Source of the DNA: Chlorokybus atmophyticus
Lineage: Eukaryota; Plantae; Mesostigma and Chlorokybus algae
NCBI GenBank assembly: GCA_009103225.1
Contig: RHPI01002438.1
Location: 1,122,755 to 1,186,754, forward strand
DNA length: 64,000 nt
Direction of reading: 5' to 3'
A program made the translations under genes and the position numbers. The first letter of the stretch is position 1. Each line of letters begins with the position of its first letter. Under the pieces are notes generated by a model. It was not told the origin of the DNA. It was given only the letters and a program-made list of their open reading frames with translations, and searched no databases. Below are positions 27,252 through 40,488 of this stretch, in pieces.

Positions 27252-28920
27252 CGCAAAGGTGACCAACTTTCGGTATGTATGTAAGCCTACTATCTATCTA
27301 TGTAGCTCGCTATTCAACACCTGCATGCATAAGCACTAGTCAGCTAAACATCAGTTGTTGCACATTCTTGATGACCTCTCCTTGGCTTCTAACTCGAGTG
27401 ATCAGATGGATACAACTTGAACAACATCTACCTGTACAAAAGTGATAGCAGGTGTTGCTGGCAGCGTTGTAGCGATGGCTTGGCTCGATTAATGGACATC
27501 GGGCGTCACTTACAACCACCGCCTGAAAACAAAAGGATAACACCTGAGACATTCTTACTCGGTGTTGCTTGGCAGTGGGCTAACCAGCACGGTTGTAAGC
27601 AAAACAGAGTCATGCATTTCGACAAGTATGACAGAGCAACAGTTGTGCTAGATGCTTCTGACCTGGTCATTGCCATCCATGTTTATGAGACCAGTCGGGA
27701 GCATCCGCAAGCATTGGTGAAACATGCACTCTCCTAAACGTCATGAGCACGTCATGAAGTCATGAGTGCAACGCTCCCTGCGCGGAAACGCATTGGCAGC
27801 GTCATCATCACATTGCAAGCACCATTAACTACATGCAATGAAGAAAGAGAAAGAGACACACAACACTTGACTGTTCGCATGGAATGCATCTTGTCATAAC
27901 AGCCCTCGCAAACAGCATCCAACACTTCTAACGTAGGATGGCAAAAACACAGGTGAGAATCAAACAGACACGTACGTGCATACGCATGCAAATACACGTG
28001 TGTTAGCTGCTTACATGCACACATATACGTACAAGCAGCAGCACGCGCACATCACACAGCTTGGGAGTGCCTGCTTGTGCTGCAATCTGCAAGCCATACG
28101 AGCAACTGCACCTGTCATGCATCGCAGTCCATGATTCTAACAACACGAACTCATGCTAGGTAAGAATCTGCACCCCACTTGCTGTGGTACACCACAGCAA
28201 CCAAGACCACAATGCACACAATATACATTTAGTACACACAGGACACGCATAAGTCACACCATAAACACAATGCACGAACGATGCACACACTATGTGCAAC
28301 ACGCAATGCACATGTAATGCAGACACATCCAAGCCGCAATTCAATCTAACCAAATCAGAATCAGATCTCAGGCTGGCCATCAAACTTAAACGCCCACTCG
28401 GGTTCCAACTCACCGTATGGTTGATGGGTGTGTCACCAATACCACGCCTGGCTTCAGTCTAGACAGGCCGAACCCGTGCCACCTCTCCGCATTTCCGCCT
28501 CATGACGCCTGCATTAGCTCTGATATGCTACGCTGCCACACTGTGGCTAAACTGTGCAACCTTTCGAGCTATATCAGGTCATTAACAGGATGGCTTGAGA
28601 ATCACTACTCCCAGCAGAGGCAACATACACTCCCTCTCTCCAATGACCACCACCACTACCACAAGCACAAGCGCCCTGCCGCCGCCGCTAGTTTTTGTCA
28701 ACCCTGAATTTGTATTTGTATTTGTATTTCCGCCCGTGTTGGCTATTTGCGTGACACTTGGCCAAAAAACAAAAATGCAAAAAGAAAGGAATGGAAAGGA
28801 AAGAAAAGGAAAGGAAACCCTAATCGGCTCAGTTTAGGATCACAATTGCTGATATGGATCGGCTTGGATCAGTGTTACTTGTGATCGCAGTGATCACAGT
28901 CTGCGGCCTGGTCGCTGGCG

Positions 28921-30826
28921 ATGGCGCCAGCGGCGGCGGCGGCGGCGGTCGCCTTGTTGTGGGTGACGGCCTTGCTGCTTTTGTCATTGGGAGATCTGAG
29001 CATCTGTGACGCCGCTGCCACGCAGACAACCTCCTCCGCTGCCGCCGCCACCGCCGCCGCCTTGCGCTCCAGGCCACGGGGCGGAGGCTGGGCTAACGGT
29101 GCAGGCGGCGGCGGCGGTGGTGTGGGTATAGGTGTCGGTGTAGACGTCGCCGCCACCCGCGCGGACGCCCGAACCGCCGCCACGCACAGGCTGAAGGATG
29201 ACCTCAGCGTTGGCGCCACCCTTAGCGACAAGCACCAGGCCAGAACTGCGCCCCCACAACAACAACAACAAGAGTCTACTAAGCCCACCCGGCAAGCGAA
29301 GAGAGGTGATGATTGTGAGAACACAAGGCAGGGCCGCAGCCTCATCACAGACGACAGAGGCAAGTGTCATGGCTTACATTGCTTATAGACATCAACCGCT
29401 ATGTCTGCATACAATGTCTGCGTCATCACAAAGTTTCAAGTCTCACACGCACACATGCTATAGCCGGTAGTCTAGAGCATCCACCTCATGGCATTGTGTG
29501 CGTGCAGGGTATGTGTGTCCTGTGCAGCGTGTTGACGTGACAACCGGTTGCTGTCGGGTTGGTGGCATCGTCAGCGCTGTCAATAGCGACACGTATAAAG
29601 AGGAGGAGCCGAGGTACTCGTGCCGCGGTTGCGACGCCGAAACGGGCTGCTGCGACGAGTTTGAGTTCTGCGTCGCGTGCTGCTTGAAACCCCAGCGGAA
29701 TATCGCGCATATTGCCCTCGGCACCTCAAGGTGCGCGGACGTGGGGGTGTTATGCATGAGTGCATATGTGCCTGCTTGCGTGCGTGGGTGTGCGTGTGGA
29801 TGTGTCAGCGCGGGTGCGCACAAGTGTGTGAGTGTGCGTGTTGTTGCTTGTGTGTGTGTTCGTATGCTGGCGCACGCGCGCACACGTGCACACACGTGCA
29901 TTAGTCTAGTGTGTGTATGCATACGCGTGCGTGCATTTGTATGTGTGTGTGGTTGTAGTCATGCCACTCCGTACCGCAAGCTGATTAGGTTCATTGCACC
30001 AACAGGGGCCGAACACCCAACACGGGCACTTTCAGCGCAGTCTTTGACTACTGCCGCGCGGCGTGCCGCACCAGCTCCAAAAGCGTAGTATGCACTCTCA
30101 CACACCCAACATTATCACCAACCAACATTACTCTTAAGTACGCCACACATGCCATCTGACCCCACCCTTCAGGTGCACGAGAACGCGTACGTGACGGAGC
30201 GGCACCACTGCTATGCGGGTCCGAGCGCAGGCGTGGCCGTCGTCACGCTGTCCGCAACGTCATCTCCACCAACAACCGAAACAACATTCGTGACGGAGTC
30301 AGTGTCAACAACGCAAGAAGCCTCTGCTTCGACGCAGATTGAAGTTGTTATCGGCGAGTAAGTGTGAAACGCGTGTGTGTGGCAAGTAGTGTCATGCACA
30401 GTAGTCAATGTTGGTCACTTCCAACATGCGCCAGCAACATTACCCATGCGCTTCACTGTGAGCCACCCAACGCTGCATGTGTGTGTGTGTGCGCGTTTGT
30501 GTGAAAACCAACAATACTGACCCTGCTCTTACTGTTCCAGGCGTGGCCAGTCTTGCGACGCAGCGTGCGCGGGTCGCGACAACAAGCGTTGCGCGGGTGC
30601 GGTGGCGTTGGCGGAGCTGAACACCTGCGCTGCGTTGCGGGCGAGGATGTCGTGCGCGGGGGGCTGCGTTGGGGGTCACGGCGGGCCCGATCAGCCCTCA
30701 ATGGTCGCTGCGGACGTGCTACGACCAAAGCAGCCCAATGTTTGCGTGTACACGCTCAACACGCGCAGCCTCACGTGCTCAGGAGCGCACCCGGACACAC
30801 TTCGTCTGTGCCCTTGCATGGCATGA
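28921..30826 (+). CDS. SPRING1/C12orf49 (DUF2054)-like secretory-pathway protein with an extra C-terminal Cys-rich domain
   Basis: Exons 28921-29359, 29508-29730, 30006-30087, 30173-30357, 30541-30826. N-terminal signal/anchor. CENTRQGRSLITDDR|GYVC..GCC..YSCRGC..GCCDEFEFCVACCLKP..FDYCRAACRTSSKSV|VHENAY..HHCY matches the recalled C12orf49 pattern (CRNSIQGKHLITDELGYVC..GCC..CVSCCLQP..CLAKCRTSSQSVQHENTY). A Ser/Thr-rich linker leads to GQSCDAAC...TCSGAHPDTLRLCPC. Confidence 0.85.
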
Positions 30827-31334
30827 GTAGTGTAGTGTATGATATGTTAATCCCATAGTACGTATAGTGCGTATGTACAATAGCCAATACCTCTGCGTGT
30901 TGAACAGTGCCCTTGCACTGATGTTGTACAACAGCGCTGCAAGTGAATTGACTCGATGTTTGAGCACAACGCGGGCGGTAATGAGATGGCTATTGCGCTG
31001 TAGCCGCTGCCGTGCTATAAACCAATCTGGGACCTTGTGGTGGTTGTTCGTGGAACAAGAGAAAAGCAAAGTATAGACTTCAAGCCCACACAATTCCAGT
31101 GCAGAAAGTAGCAGCCATTGATGCAGCAAAAATGGCAGTGGGAACTGGATATGCTGCGCACCAGCAGCTGTACACAGACTGCTGCAGGACAAGAAGCAAT
31201 GCGCAAGGAGGAATGGTCCAAACCATCACGCTCCTGCATCTGATAATACAATGTTGCAAGACTATAATGCATGCCAAAGTTTGGGAGTTTCAGAAGCACT
31301 TGCCATGCAAACACAGAGAAGCATCATCTTTTTC

Positions 31335-32258
31335 TCAGCAAACATAAATCCCATTTTCTAGGGGCCTGCTATCTTTGTCATCAACAAAGTAGTTGATGTC
31401 CGCGACGGGCGCGCCAAAATCATCTTCGTAAACAGTGTGCACTAGCCGCACGCCGGGATCCAGCAGCTCTTCATGCAACACCCCTCCTTTGCCGGTATCC
31501 AGAAAACACAGCACACCCTTCTCCTGACAAACCAACCACAACACATTCCTGTAGCGCATGTGGTTTTCATCATACACCACTCTCGAGCCCTGCTGGCAGT
31601 AGCCCAAATGGACAGGGAATGCCTCGTGACAGTAAGCAGGGTACTCCTTGCAGTGAAAGAGCATGCCGAGGAGGCGAGGGGAGTTGTCATGGCTTCTCGT
31701 CATGAATGCGTGGCCGTGAAACAGATCGAACCTATTGAGATGGGTCGCTGAACCAACTGTGTGGTTTGACCTGTCGCTTATGACATGAAACAAGCGTGCA
31801 AAGTAGCGGTTGACTTCTGGTGCTATAAATCTGGTCGCACTTGGATGTCGAGTCAGCATGCAACCGTTGCCATTGTTGGGCACAACCACATGGCCGCTGA
31901 CCAACGCTTCATGAAACGCATCCACGCCATGATGTTGTACTTCACTTGCCAATTGCTGCAGCGCCGGCGGCATGCGAGGCAAATGGGTGTCACCGACAGG
32001 CAACACGCACTGCGCGATTGCTGCATCATACTGCTGCTGTGGCAGAAGTTGTGAATGCTGATGCACATGGGTGTGCCTTGCAGTAAGGCACCTGATAACA
32101 GCTGTGGCACATTCGCGCCTTCCCCGCGGTATTGTTGCTTCGTCCTTGGTCTGCTTATTGAATGTACTCGCTTGCCAACAGCATGAGGGTTTGCTGCATG
32201 GTGCTACGAAAATGAAAGCAGAAATCTTGGTTGTTGTCGGTGTTGTTGCCAACAACAT
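31335..32258 (-). CDS. Intronless 307-aa conserved plant/algal uncharacterised protein, possibly organelle-targeted
   Basis: Open frame from ATG 32258 to TGA 31335. The N-terminus is Ser/Thr/Ala-rich. The C-terminal half has a globular motif block RFDLFHGHAF..LLGMLFHCKEYPAY..FPVHLGYCQQGS..RNVLWL..TVYEDDFG..DINYF, which I recall from uncharacterised land-plant proteins but cannot name. Confidence 0.8.
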   Translation of the reverse strand: MLLATTPTTTKISAFIFVAPCSKPSCCWQASTFNKQTKDEATIPRGRRECATAVIRCLTARHTHVHQHSQLLPQQQYDAAIAQCVLPVGDTHLPRMPPALQQLASEVQHHGVDAFHEALVSGHVVVPNNGNGCMLTRHPSATRFIAPEVNRYFARLFHVISDRSNHTVGSATHLNRFDLFHGHAFMTRSHDNSPRLLGMLFHCKEYPAYCHEAFPVHLGYCQQGSRVVYDENHMRYRNVLWLVCQEKGVLCFLDTGKGGVLHEELLDPGVRLVHTVYEDDFGAPVADINYFVDDKDSRPLENGIYVC

Positions 32259-32263
32259 CGTTG

Positions 32264-33104
32264 CTATTCCTGTCTTTTGGCTGCCTGCATCGCATGGAAC
32301 TCGTTCAGCACGGCTTGCTCGCACCGGCTCATGCGCTCGTGATCGGTGTCGCTGTCGTGCGTGTAGCCCAGCAGATGGCACAGCCCGTGCGTGAACAGCG
32401 TGGGCAAGTGCTGCTGAACACTCAACCCCTCCTTCACGCACTGCAAAACACGCACGAGACGAGCTTATGGGCATGTAATGATCTTGAGCGCTGTATTGCG
32501 ATGCCGGCCAGCACAACATCCACGCGTATGCGCATTGACACTTGCACGCACTCATGTGCACACACGCACAGAGCAAACAATTAACCAACCAACCAATCAA
32601 ACATATGAACCGCTCAGCACATAAAGCACGCATGCAGCAAAAACCAAATAAGCAGCAACAACAAATCATGCCGGCCTACACTAACCAGCAAACAAAGCTC
32701 CATGCACATCTGTTGCAGTGACTTGACTTACATATGCGCGGACGTACGGCATGCCGAGCACGAGCTCTCCAAGATTGCGGTCATCTTCACGCTTCACTGC
32801 CGGCAACTTGCCAGGTACTCTGATCTAGCAACGACAATGACAACCTGTCATGTACTAGACGAGTAATAGAGGCACAAACCAACACGCCACTTGCATCATG
32901 AAATTGAAAGGAGAGGACGTCAGTGGGTGCGTCTACTCCGCGGTAGGTGCGGTTGAGGTCATGGATGGCACGGTTCGATGCCAGCCAGACGCCCAAGTCC
33001 CAGTCGGGGCAGCCCAGCACGGCCAGCAGGTCCCGCAGCTGCGCCCTCACCACCGGCACTGACAGCCGCACCGTCCGCTGTGTGTTGCGGATGGCTATCG
33101 TCAT
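32264..33104 (-). CDS. YBEY: Endoribonuclease YbeY (UPF0054), stand-alone ~160 aa
   Basis: Exons 33104-~32899, 32824-32732, 32440-32264. LNRTYRGVDAPTDVLSF, NLGELVLG and the metal-binding motif HGLCHLLGYTH (H-x3-H-x5-H). Confidence 0.92.
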
Positions 33105-33819
33105 GCGCGGGCACAAGTGCGTCGAGTGCCTGTATGTGTGCAACTGCGCGTGTGCGTGCTTCGGTTGCTGCTGGTTTGCTTGTGCGCAAACCATGCATGT
33201 TTCAAAGCGATTTGCAAGTTGCATCCAACCTGACAGCGCCCCCTGCTCCGGCACCTCCTCCTGAGTCGTCTCCTCCTTGCGCCCCAAGTCTACAGCGAGC
33301 GCCGTATGCATGCAATCCTACGGGTCGACCGCTTCCCGCCTTAACCTTGCCCTCTCCGCAGCCTGACGCTTTTACATGTTGACGAAGTTCAAGACGGCGG
33401 CGTTACGGTACAGCGGCGGCAACGCAGGCGGGATGGATTAGAGTTGCATGCACAGCTGGAATCAGCTGCCTGCCTTAAGCGGCTCAGATGGGCAAGGGCT
33501 GTGGTGTTTCACATGCGCATGCGTGCAATTTTGTGCACAAGGATGGTTTTGGTATGTAACCGTGCGTACGCTCCCACGTGAAGCAGGCACTAGCAAGCAA
33601 CGAAGCGAGTGGTTGCATGCTGTGGGCATGCAATTGCATGGTGCGCGTGGTGGACGTGCATGATGTGTAGCAGGCCAGCTGAGCACACTCGCATACCACC
33701 CGTATACACATGTGCGTGTGGTGTAATCGTTTTATTAAGCTTACACAGAGCCCAAGGTTATAAGCGTTATACAGGCTATGAAGATGCGAGCCCAACACAC
33801 ATGTATTTATGCGTGTAAA

Positions 33820-34400
<581 letters not shown>

Positions 34401-36865
34401 ACGTGTATCTCGCACTCTCTGGCTTGATTATGGTCATTGCATGCGTGCATGCCACGTGTGCTAGCATACGCATCGTGCATACTGGTGCAATCGTAACCAC
34501 TACTCTGCGTACACACAGCCCAACATGCCAACATAAACGTCTCGTGTGCCTTGCTACTTGCATGCTTACCTGCACTGCATGTTACTAGGAGTGCTCATGT
34601 CACAAGCGTGCATGATGTCCATGTTTGTGTGCTCGTTTGATGATAATTGCTACGGTTACCTGTTGGGGTCCCAGGAGAACAACCACCCCCCCCCCCCCCT
34701 CCCCCTAAGCATGCACAATGCTTCGAGTCAAGCCTAACGTTGCAATGCAACATTACTAGCTGATCTACTGTATTTGCATTGTTTGTGAGAATAGGTGTAG
34801 GTCTTAATAGGAATGCCGCAATAACCTGACAAAAGGTTTGAAGGCATATCGTGCATGCGCATTATCAGTTGCTTCCCATCAACTGAACAATCGGCAGCAT
34901 GATTATGGCAGCTAAGATGTATATGCATGCATGGGCGATGAGCAAATAGTGTTTGTACTTGCATGTGCATGTACTGGTTGGGTCTTGATTCAGATTTGTA
35001 ATTCAGTCGTGAGTGTCTTCATTTGGTCTGATAACAACTCATAATTGCGTGCAATCTCTACACATATGGTCGGGCGCTGCCTTCCTTCAAATATAAGCAT
35101 GTCATACTTGCTTACATGCATACATATAAGCCTTAAGTTACTTTCTATGGGTAATTGTTATGGCTGTTTCTTATTGTTGATTGGCACTGTGCCATGTTGC
35201 ATCAACCTGCGTTTTGAGCTTCCGTTACGGTATGAATAATCTACATCAGGTATACGTCATAAATGTTGTCAACACATTCTATGCGCATCATCAAGTATAT
35301 GACATTGTTGGCGCAGTATGGCATTTCAACAATCAATAAGCAAGTTTAAAAACAAGCAAACTTTCAACTACTTAAAGAAATAAATAAAACCATTGCAAAT
35401 CTCGAATCACGCAAACTAAGAGTTAATATGTACAGTGTTAACCCATTAAGCGTAATTGTGGTAAGTCTAATAACTGCACATAACTTTATACATGTGCGGG
35501 TGAGATGCATAATGTGGGTATGCTTAAATGCGCTGCATGCTATGCTGTGTTTGTGTGTAGGTTGTAAGTGCACGCCATTTTATGTCAGCAATAATTCTAA
35601 TGAAGATGAAGATGCACAAAATAAATATGATGTGCACATTGTTTGTATATATACAACTATAGCATGTAAAATCGTCATTATACATTATGCATTGCAAGCA
35701 TTTTCATGTTTCATGTCATTAGAGAAATACATGCAAAGTCGTCATTACATCATGCATTGCAAGCAGTTTTATGTCAATACATACATTCAAATGGCTTATG
35801 AATAACAGGGGACAATTCTTAGGACATGATGACTAGCATTGCAACTTGCAAGCACGCAAACGTGCATAAGATAAATTCAAAGCGGTCATGCAGCAAGGAC
35901 TCATGCATGACTTCTGCAATTTATTGCAAAAGACTACAGTCATGAAAAACCTGTCAGCATGATCCCGCTGACGCAACGACCAGTCGATTCCCTGTAGTGG
36001 ATGGTTGAGGGTGAGACACATGCAACACAATCGTTTATTCCCTGGCTTATGCAGGGGGTCTGCCTTTACAAACGGTTGCGGCGCAACCGTTTCACAATTG
36101 AAACCTTTCCCGCCATTGCGGCCCAACCACGTCCCGTTGTTTACCAGTTTGCTGACTGGACACTATCGGGGGCATCGCCGTCAGTTTGCCAGTGACGAGA
36201 CACTAGCTCAGTGAGCTACGCGTTTCCCACCCTACTGAGGACGGAGTCCAGAAAGTCATGAAGCACGAGCAATAAAGTCTGTTCTGCACTGAGTCCGCCA
36301 TAACAGGCAGGGAGCGGGTCCATGCACGCTCCTGCAGGGTAGGTCAGTCTCCAACCGTTTGTACGGTAAGTACGAAGTTCAAATCAGCCGCTTTGCACGT
36401 ACATACGTGTACTCTTAACCCGTTATATAATCAATATCTAGTAGTGTGCAAAGCGTAAAGAGTATCGATATCTGCAGCATCCGGAGAAACTTTGAGCGGC
36501 GGAACTTCCAATTAGGGTTGCGATCTGCCTGCCTGAGAAAAACATAGAACAGAGAAAGTGAAGGGCTGGTAATGTGGTGGAATCTGCGGCAGGCGGAAAA
36601 TGCACGTCCGGCCGGCGTATAAACGCAGGCACTGCGGTGTGTGTGGCGGCCGTGGCGGCGACGGCGACGAGGAGGGGGAGGAGGAGCTGGAGGTGGCGGT
36701 GGTGGAGGTGGGGTGTTGGTGGGAAGGGTGAGGAGGGGGGCTGAATGTGTGGGGCTGATGGCGGGGTCTTGATCGCTGCGGCGTGAGGGGGGAGGCGGAG
36801 TTTTTTGTGGAGGGGGTTTAGGGTTTGTTTCCTGCAGGCATCGCTGCTGCTGCGGCAGCTGCGGC

Positions 36866-39800
36866 ATGCTGCGGAAGAGCTTTGAGGCGGCGGCGGCAGC
36901 AGCTGCCGGCGCCCAGATAGGGCAGGGGCCGGGGGTGGGCCTCTCTGGCTCTGCGCCGCAGTCGCGAGCGCCCAGCCGCTCAAACTCCGGGCGCAAGCCA
37001 CCCTTCCTGAAGGGCAGGACCGCCAACAGCTTGGGGGAAATGGGGGGTTCAGGGATGTCGTCGCGCGTTGTGCCTTCGCAGCAGCTCATCAAGGATAACG
37101 TCTGCGAGCAGGTTCTCTCTAGGCTTAGAGAGACGGAGGATTCTGCCACTGTGCGCTCGGCTGAATTTGCGGCGGCGTTGCACGATCACTTCCATCACCT
37201 GCCTTTCAGGTCAATTGCCTGGAGCCGCAGATATCAAACTGCGGGGAATGGTCTTGTGACGTTGAGGCATGCACTTGGTTGATGTGTGGACGTCCACATC
37301 GAGCAGATTTTGCTGCATATTGTGTTGCTTGTTTAGTGGTGCAGCTGCTTAGCAGCGCCGCCATGCGCACAATCGAGTTCGGGTGCGTGATCAGGGTGTT
37401 AGTAACGGGACATGTTCTGGCGACAGGTTGTGTAAGAGTTGGTAGTAGCTGTCCTGGTTGCATTCTTGTTTAGTGTGGCAGCAGCTTTTTCTCAATGTGT
37501 ACACGCTCACATGTAGACGCCATGCGTGGCCGTGGCCTTCGATCCATGCACAGCATCACTGTGAACTATTCTCCAGAACATAAAGCACAGCGCACGTGCT
37601 GACGAGGCAGGCCGCAGAGAGGCCGGTACTCGCTTCATCGTTCCTATCTATGCATCGTCATGCCGTATGTTCTGCTTGCACGTAGTTATGCCTGTTCATG
37701 ATGATTTGCTGATGGGACATGTGACAAGACAGAGCAGTGAAAAGATGTTGCTGCAGAGAAATGCAGCTACACTGCGCTTTGATTGTTACATGGCAATTGG
37801 TATCTACCAACTCACCTGGCCCCAGTGTTGCCATATAGCTGACAAAGGGTAGCACTGGCTCTGGTGCAGGTATGCGCAGGATGTCGATCCCGAGCGCGCG
37901 GATGATGTCTACATGCACAAGCGTCTGTTGGATGTTGCCCGCTCTCGAGACAGCCCCATACCTGCTTTCCATGTCAGAGCTGTGCAGGTAAGTTGATTGT
38001 TCTCATAGTGCATAGTTGCACTATTCACCGCATCTTGGATCACTTGTCCATCCGCCCAGAAAAGGCTCCAGCTTGTTGATGCGAGCATCGCTCAGGTCCC
38101 AGTTCCTGGGTTGGAACGCGGAGATGATCAGTCTGAATCCCCTGACATATCTCCGCAGCCATCGCCGCAAAGTGCTCCAACCGGCGTACGCTTAGCGCAC
38201 GCAATACCTGTACGCACTCACCCACCACCCTCTTTCGGGTCTTCTCCTAATCTTGAGGCACTCGCGCTCGAAGCTGCGCAGTCCAGCAATTCCGTAGAAA
38301 AGAGCACAACGCTTGCAAGGTGAGGATGGGGCACGTTGGTGGTTTCCGTATTAGATCGTTAGCAGTGGCATATGTATTGAAAATGTCGGTGTTCATAACA
38401 CAATGGGTACTGCAGTCCGCTCATGGAGCATCCAATGCATGAGCTCACATTTTCAGTAGCAGACAAGCCTCGGCTTCTAAGCAAGGTGAGTCGCAGCAAC
38501 ATGATGCTGTTCAGGGCCTTTTGCGCAAGGGACTGGTAAGGTGCTTAACCCTGCCTGGTTGCAGTTGTCAACGGTTGTGGCGGACGTTGGCCTGCACATC
38601 CGGGAGGCCCATGTATTTTCCACAGATGACGGATATTCATTGGACGTTTTTGTTGTTGACGGCTGGCAAAGTGAGGTAAGTTACTGCATGCCTGCGTGTA
38701 GGATTAGTACTATGGCTATTGCTTTTTGCTGTTGTGAGAACCATGAGTAGCAAGTGCTACTGCTGTGGCCTCACCATCATACAGCGTGCACCACTAACAC
38801 GTCAGATTACAGGAAGTTGATGAGTTGAGGGAGACGCTGGAAAATACGTTGCAGGCTATGGAGGTAGGGTGTGCGCCTACCTGCTGCTGGGCTGTTGTAA
38901 CCAAGCAGAATGACTTCAATCTGATACCTTCTGCATGCAGAGTTTTCTGGCTTATGTACCTCCTGGTGCGCCTGCCAGCGACTCTGAAGGCATTTCCCAG
39001 CCTGACAGCGGCACTGTGTCACGACCAGCTGGCCATGCTGGGTCATTACCCAGCTCGCCGGAAGCCAGCACACCAAGTCCCATGCAGGCATTGCTACCTG
39101 GGCAGCAGGATTGGGAGATTGACACCAGGCATCTTGTGCTGGGACAGAAAGTTGCAGCCGGCTCTTTTGGAGACCTGTAAGTTGCTTGGCCATTAAGCTA
39201 ACGACTCTACGTAGATTTGCGTGCTTACCTCTGGTTCTTGTGTCAGGTACAAAGGCACGTACTGCGGCCAGCGAGTAGCCATCAAGATCTTAAAAGCAGA
39301 GCGCTTAACTCACACCTTGCAAGCGGAGTTTGCCCAAGAAGTTTCTATAATGCGGTAAGTTCATTCTTGCGGCGGATGTGGTCGCAGAGTCTCTTCTTTT
39401 TTCTGTGTACTCATGCGGATTGTATTGATTACAGTAAGGTTCGGCACAAACATGTGGTACAATTTATTGGAGCCTGCACCAAGCCTCCCAACCTCGCTAT
39501 TATCACAGGTAAATATTATAGGCTTCAATTGTTAGTCACAAAATGCGTGTTGTGCTTGGTGCAAGATGTTGGTTTCCGCAGAGTTCATGGATGGCGGGAG
39601 TCTTTACGATTATCTGCATAAGAAAGGCATTCAATTGAAGCTAAACATGTTGGTGAAAGTATGCATTGGCGTTGCTAAAGGGATGGATTACCTGCACCGG
39701 AACCAAATTATTCACAGAGACTTGAAAGCTGCAAATCTCTTGATGGATGAGCATGAGGTATACTTAGCTCGAAAAGTGGATGCAGTGCAAGTGCGTTGTG

Positions 39801-40488
39801 CGACTTTACTGCATCATATTGACGAAGTGCAAGAAGGACAGCCTATACCAACCATCTTATATTTTGGCCATCTGCAGGTTGTCAAAGTTGCCGACTTTGG
39901 GGTAGCCAGGGTGCAAGATCAGACAGGCATCATGACGGCGGAGACGGGTACTTACCGATGGATGGCTCCTGAGGTCATTGAGCACAAGCCATACAACCAT
40001 AAGGCTGATGTTTTTAGCTTTGGCATTGTCGTCTGGGAGCTGTTGACTGGCAAAGTTCCATACACGGACATGTCACCTCTGCAAGCAGCTGTCGGTGTTG
40101 TGCAGAAGGTAGGTCGCTGTGCATTTGGCAACGACTGCTTTGGTTCATTATGAGCTGCACAGCAGGCTTGACACAATTGTGTCTACGACAGGGCCTTCGT
40201 CCACCTATTCCACGTGGAACCCATCCACTTCTCGTGCAACTCATGGAGGCCTGCTGGCAGTCAGTACCCTCCCAGCGACCCGAGTTCAATGAGATTGTGA
40301 ATGCACTCACTCAGGCATGAGCTTGCTGTTTCACACTGTGCAGCAATATGATGCCGGCAACAGCACATTTATGTGCTAAGTGCTTATATGGGTTTACTTT
40401 CGCGCAGTTGGAAGCCGAGTTGGGTGAGGGCAAGGGAGACAAGAAGGCCGGATTCTTCGCTGGCATCAGGAGAAGCATGGCCAAGTAG
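36866..40488 (+). CDS. ACT-domain Raf-like Ser/Thr/Tyr kinase (STY8/STY17/STY46 family)
   Basis: HFHHLPF|[18 protein letters not shown] and [19 protein letters not shown] domain [17 protein letters not shown]|[34 protein letters not shown]. Kinase domain [14 protein letters not shown]|[56 protein letters not shown]. Terminal [11 protein letters not shown]. Confidence 0.97.

Noticed and set aside
32259-32669. N-terminal 137 codons of the 444-aa ORF in the track
   Set aside because: Non-ATG start; the segment overlaps YbeY intron 2 and exon 3 in another frame. The first plausible ATG is 32258.
36070-36092. Perfect 23-nt palindrome (aaacggttgcg-g-cgcaaccgttt) upstream of the STY kinase
   Set aside because: One short palindrome cannot be assigned a function.
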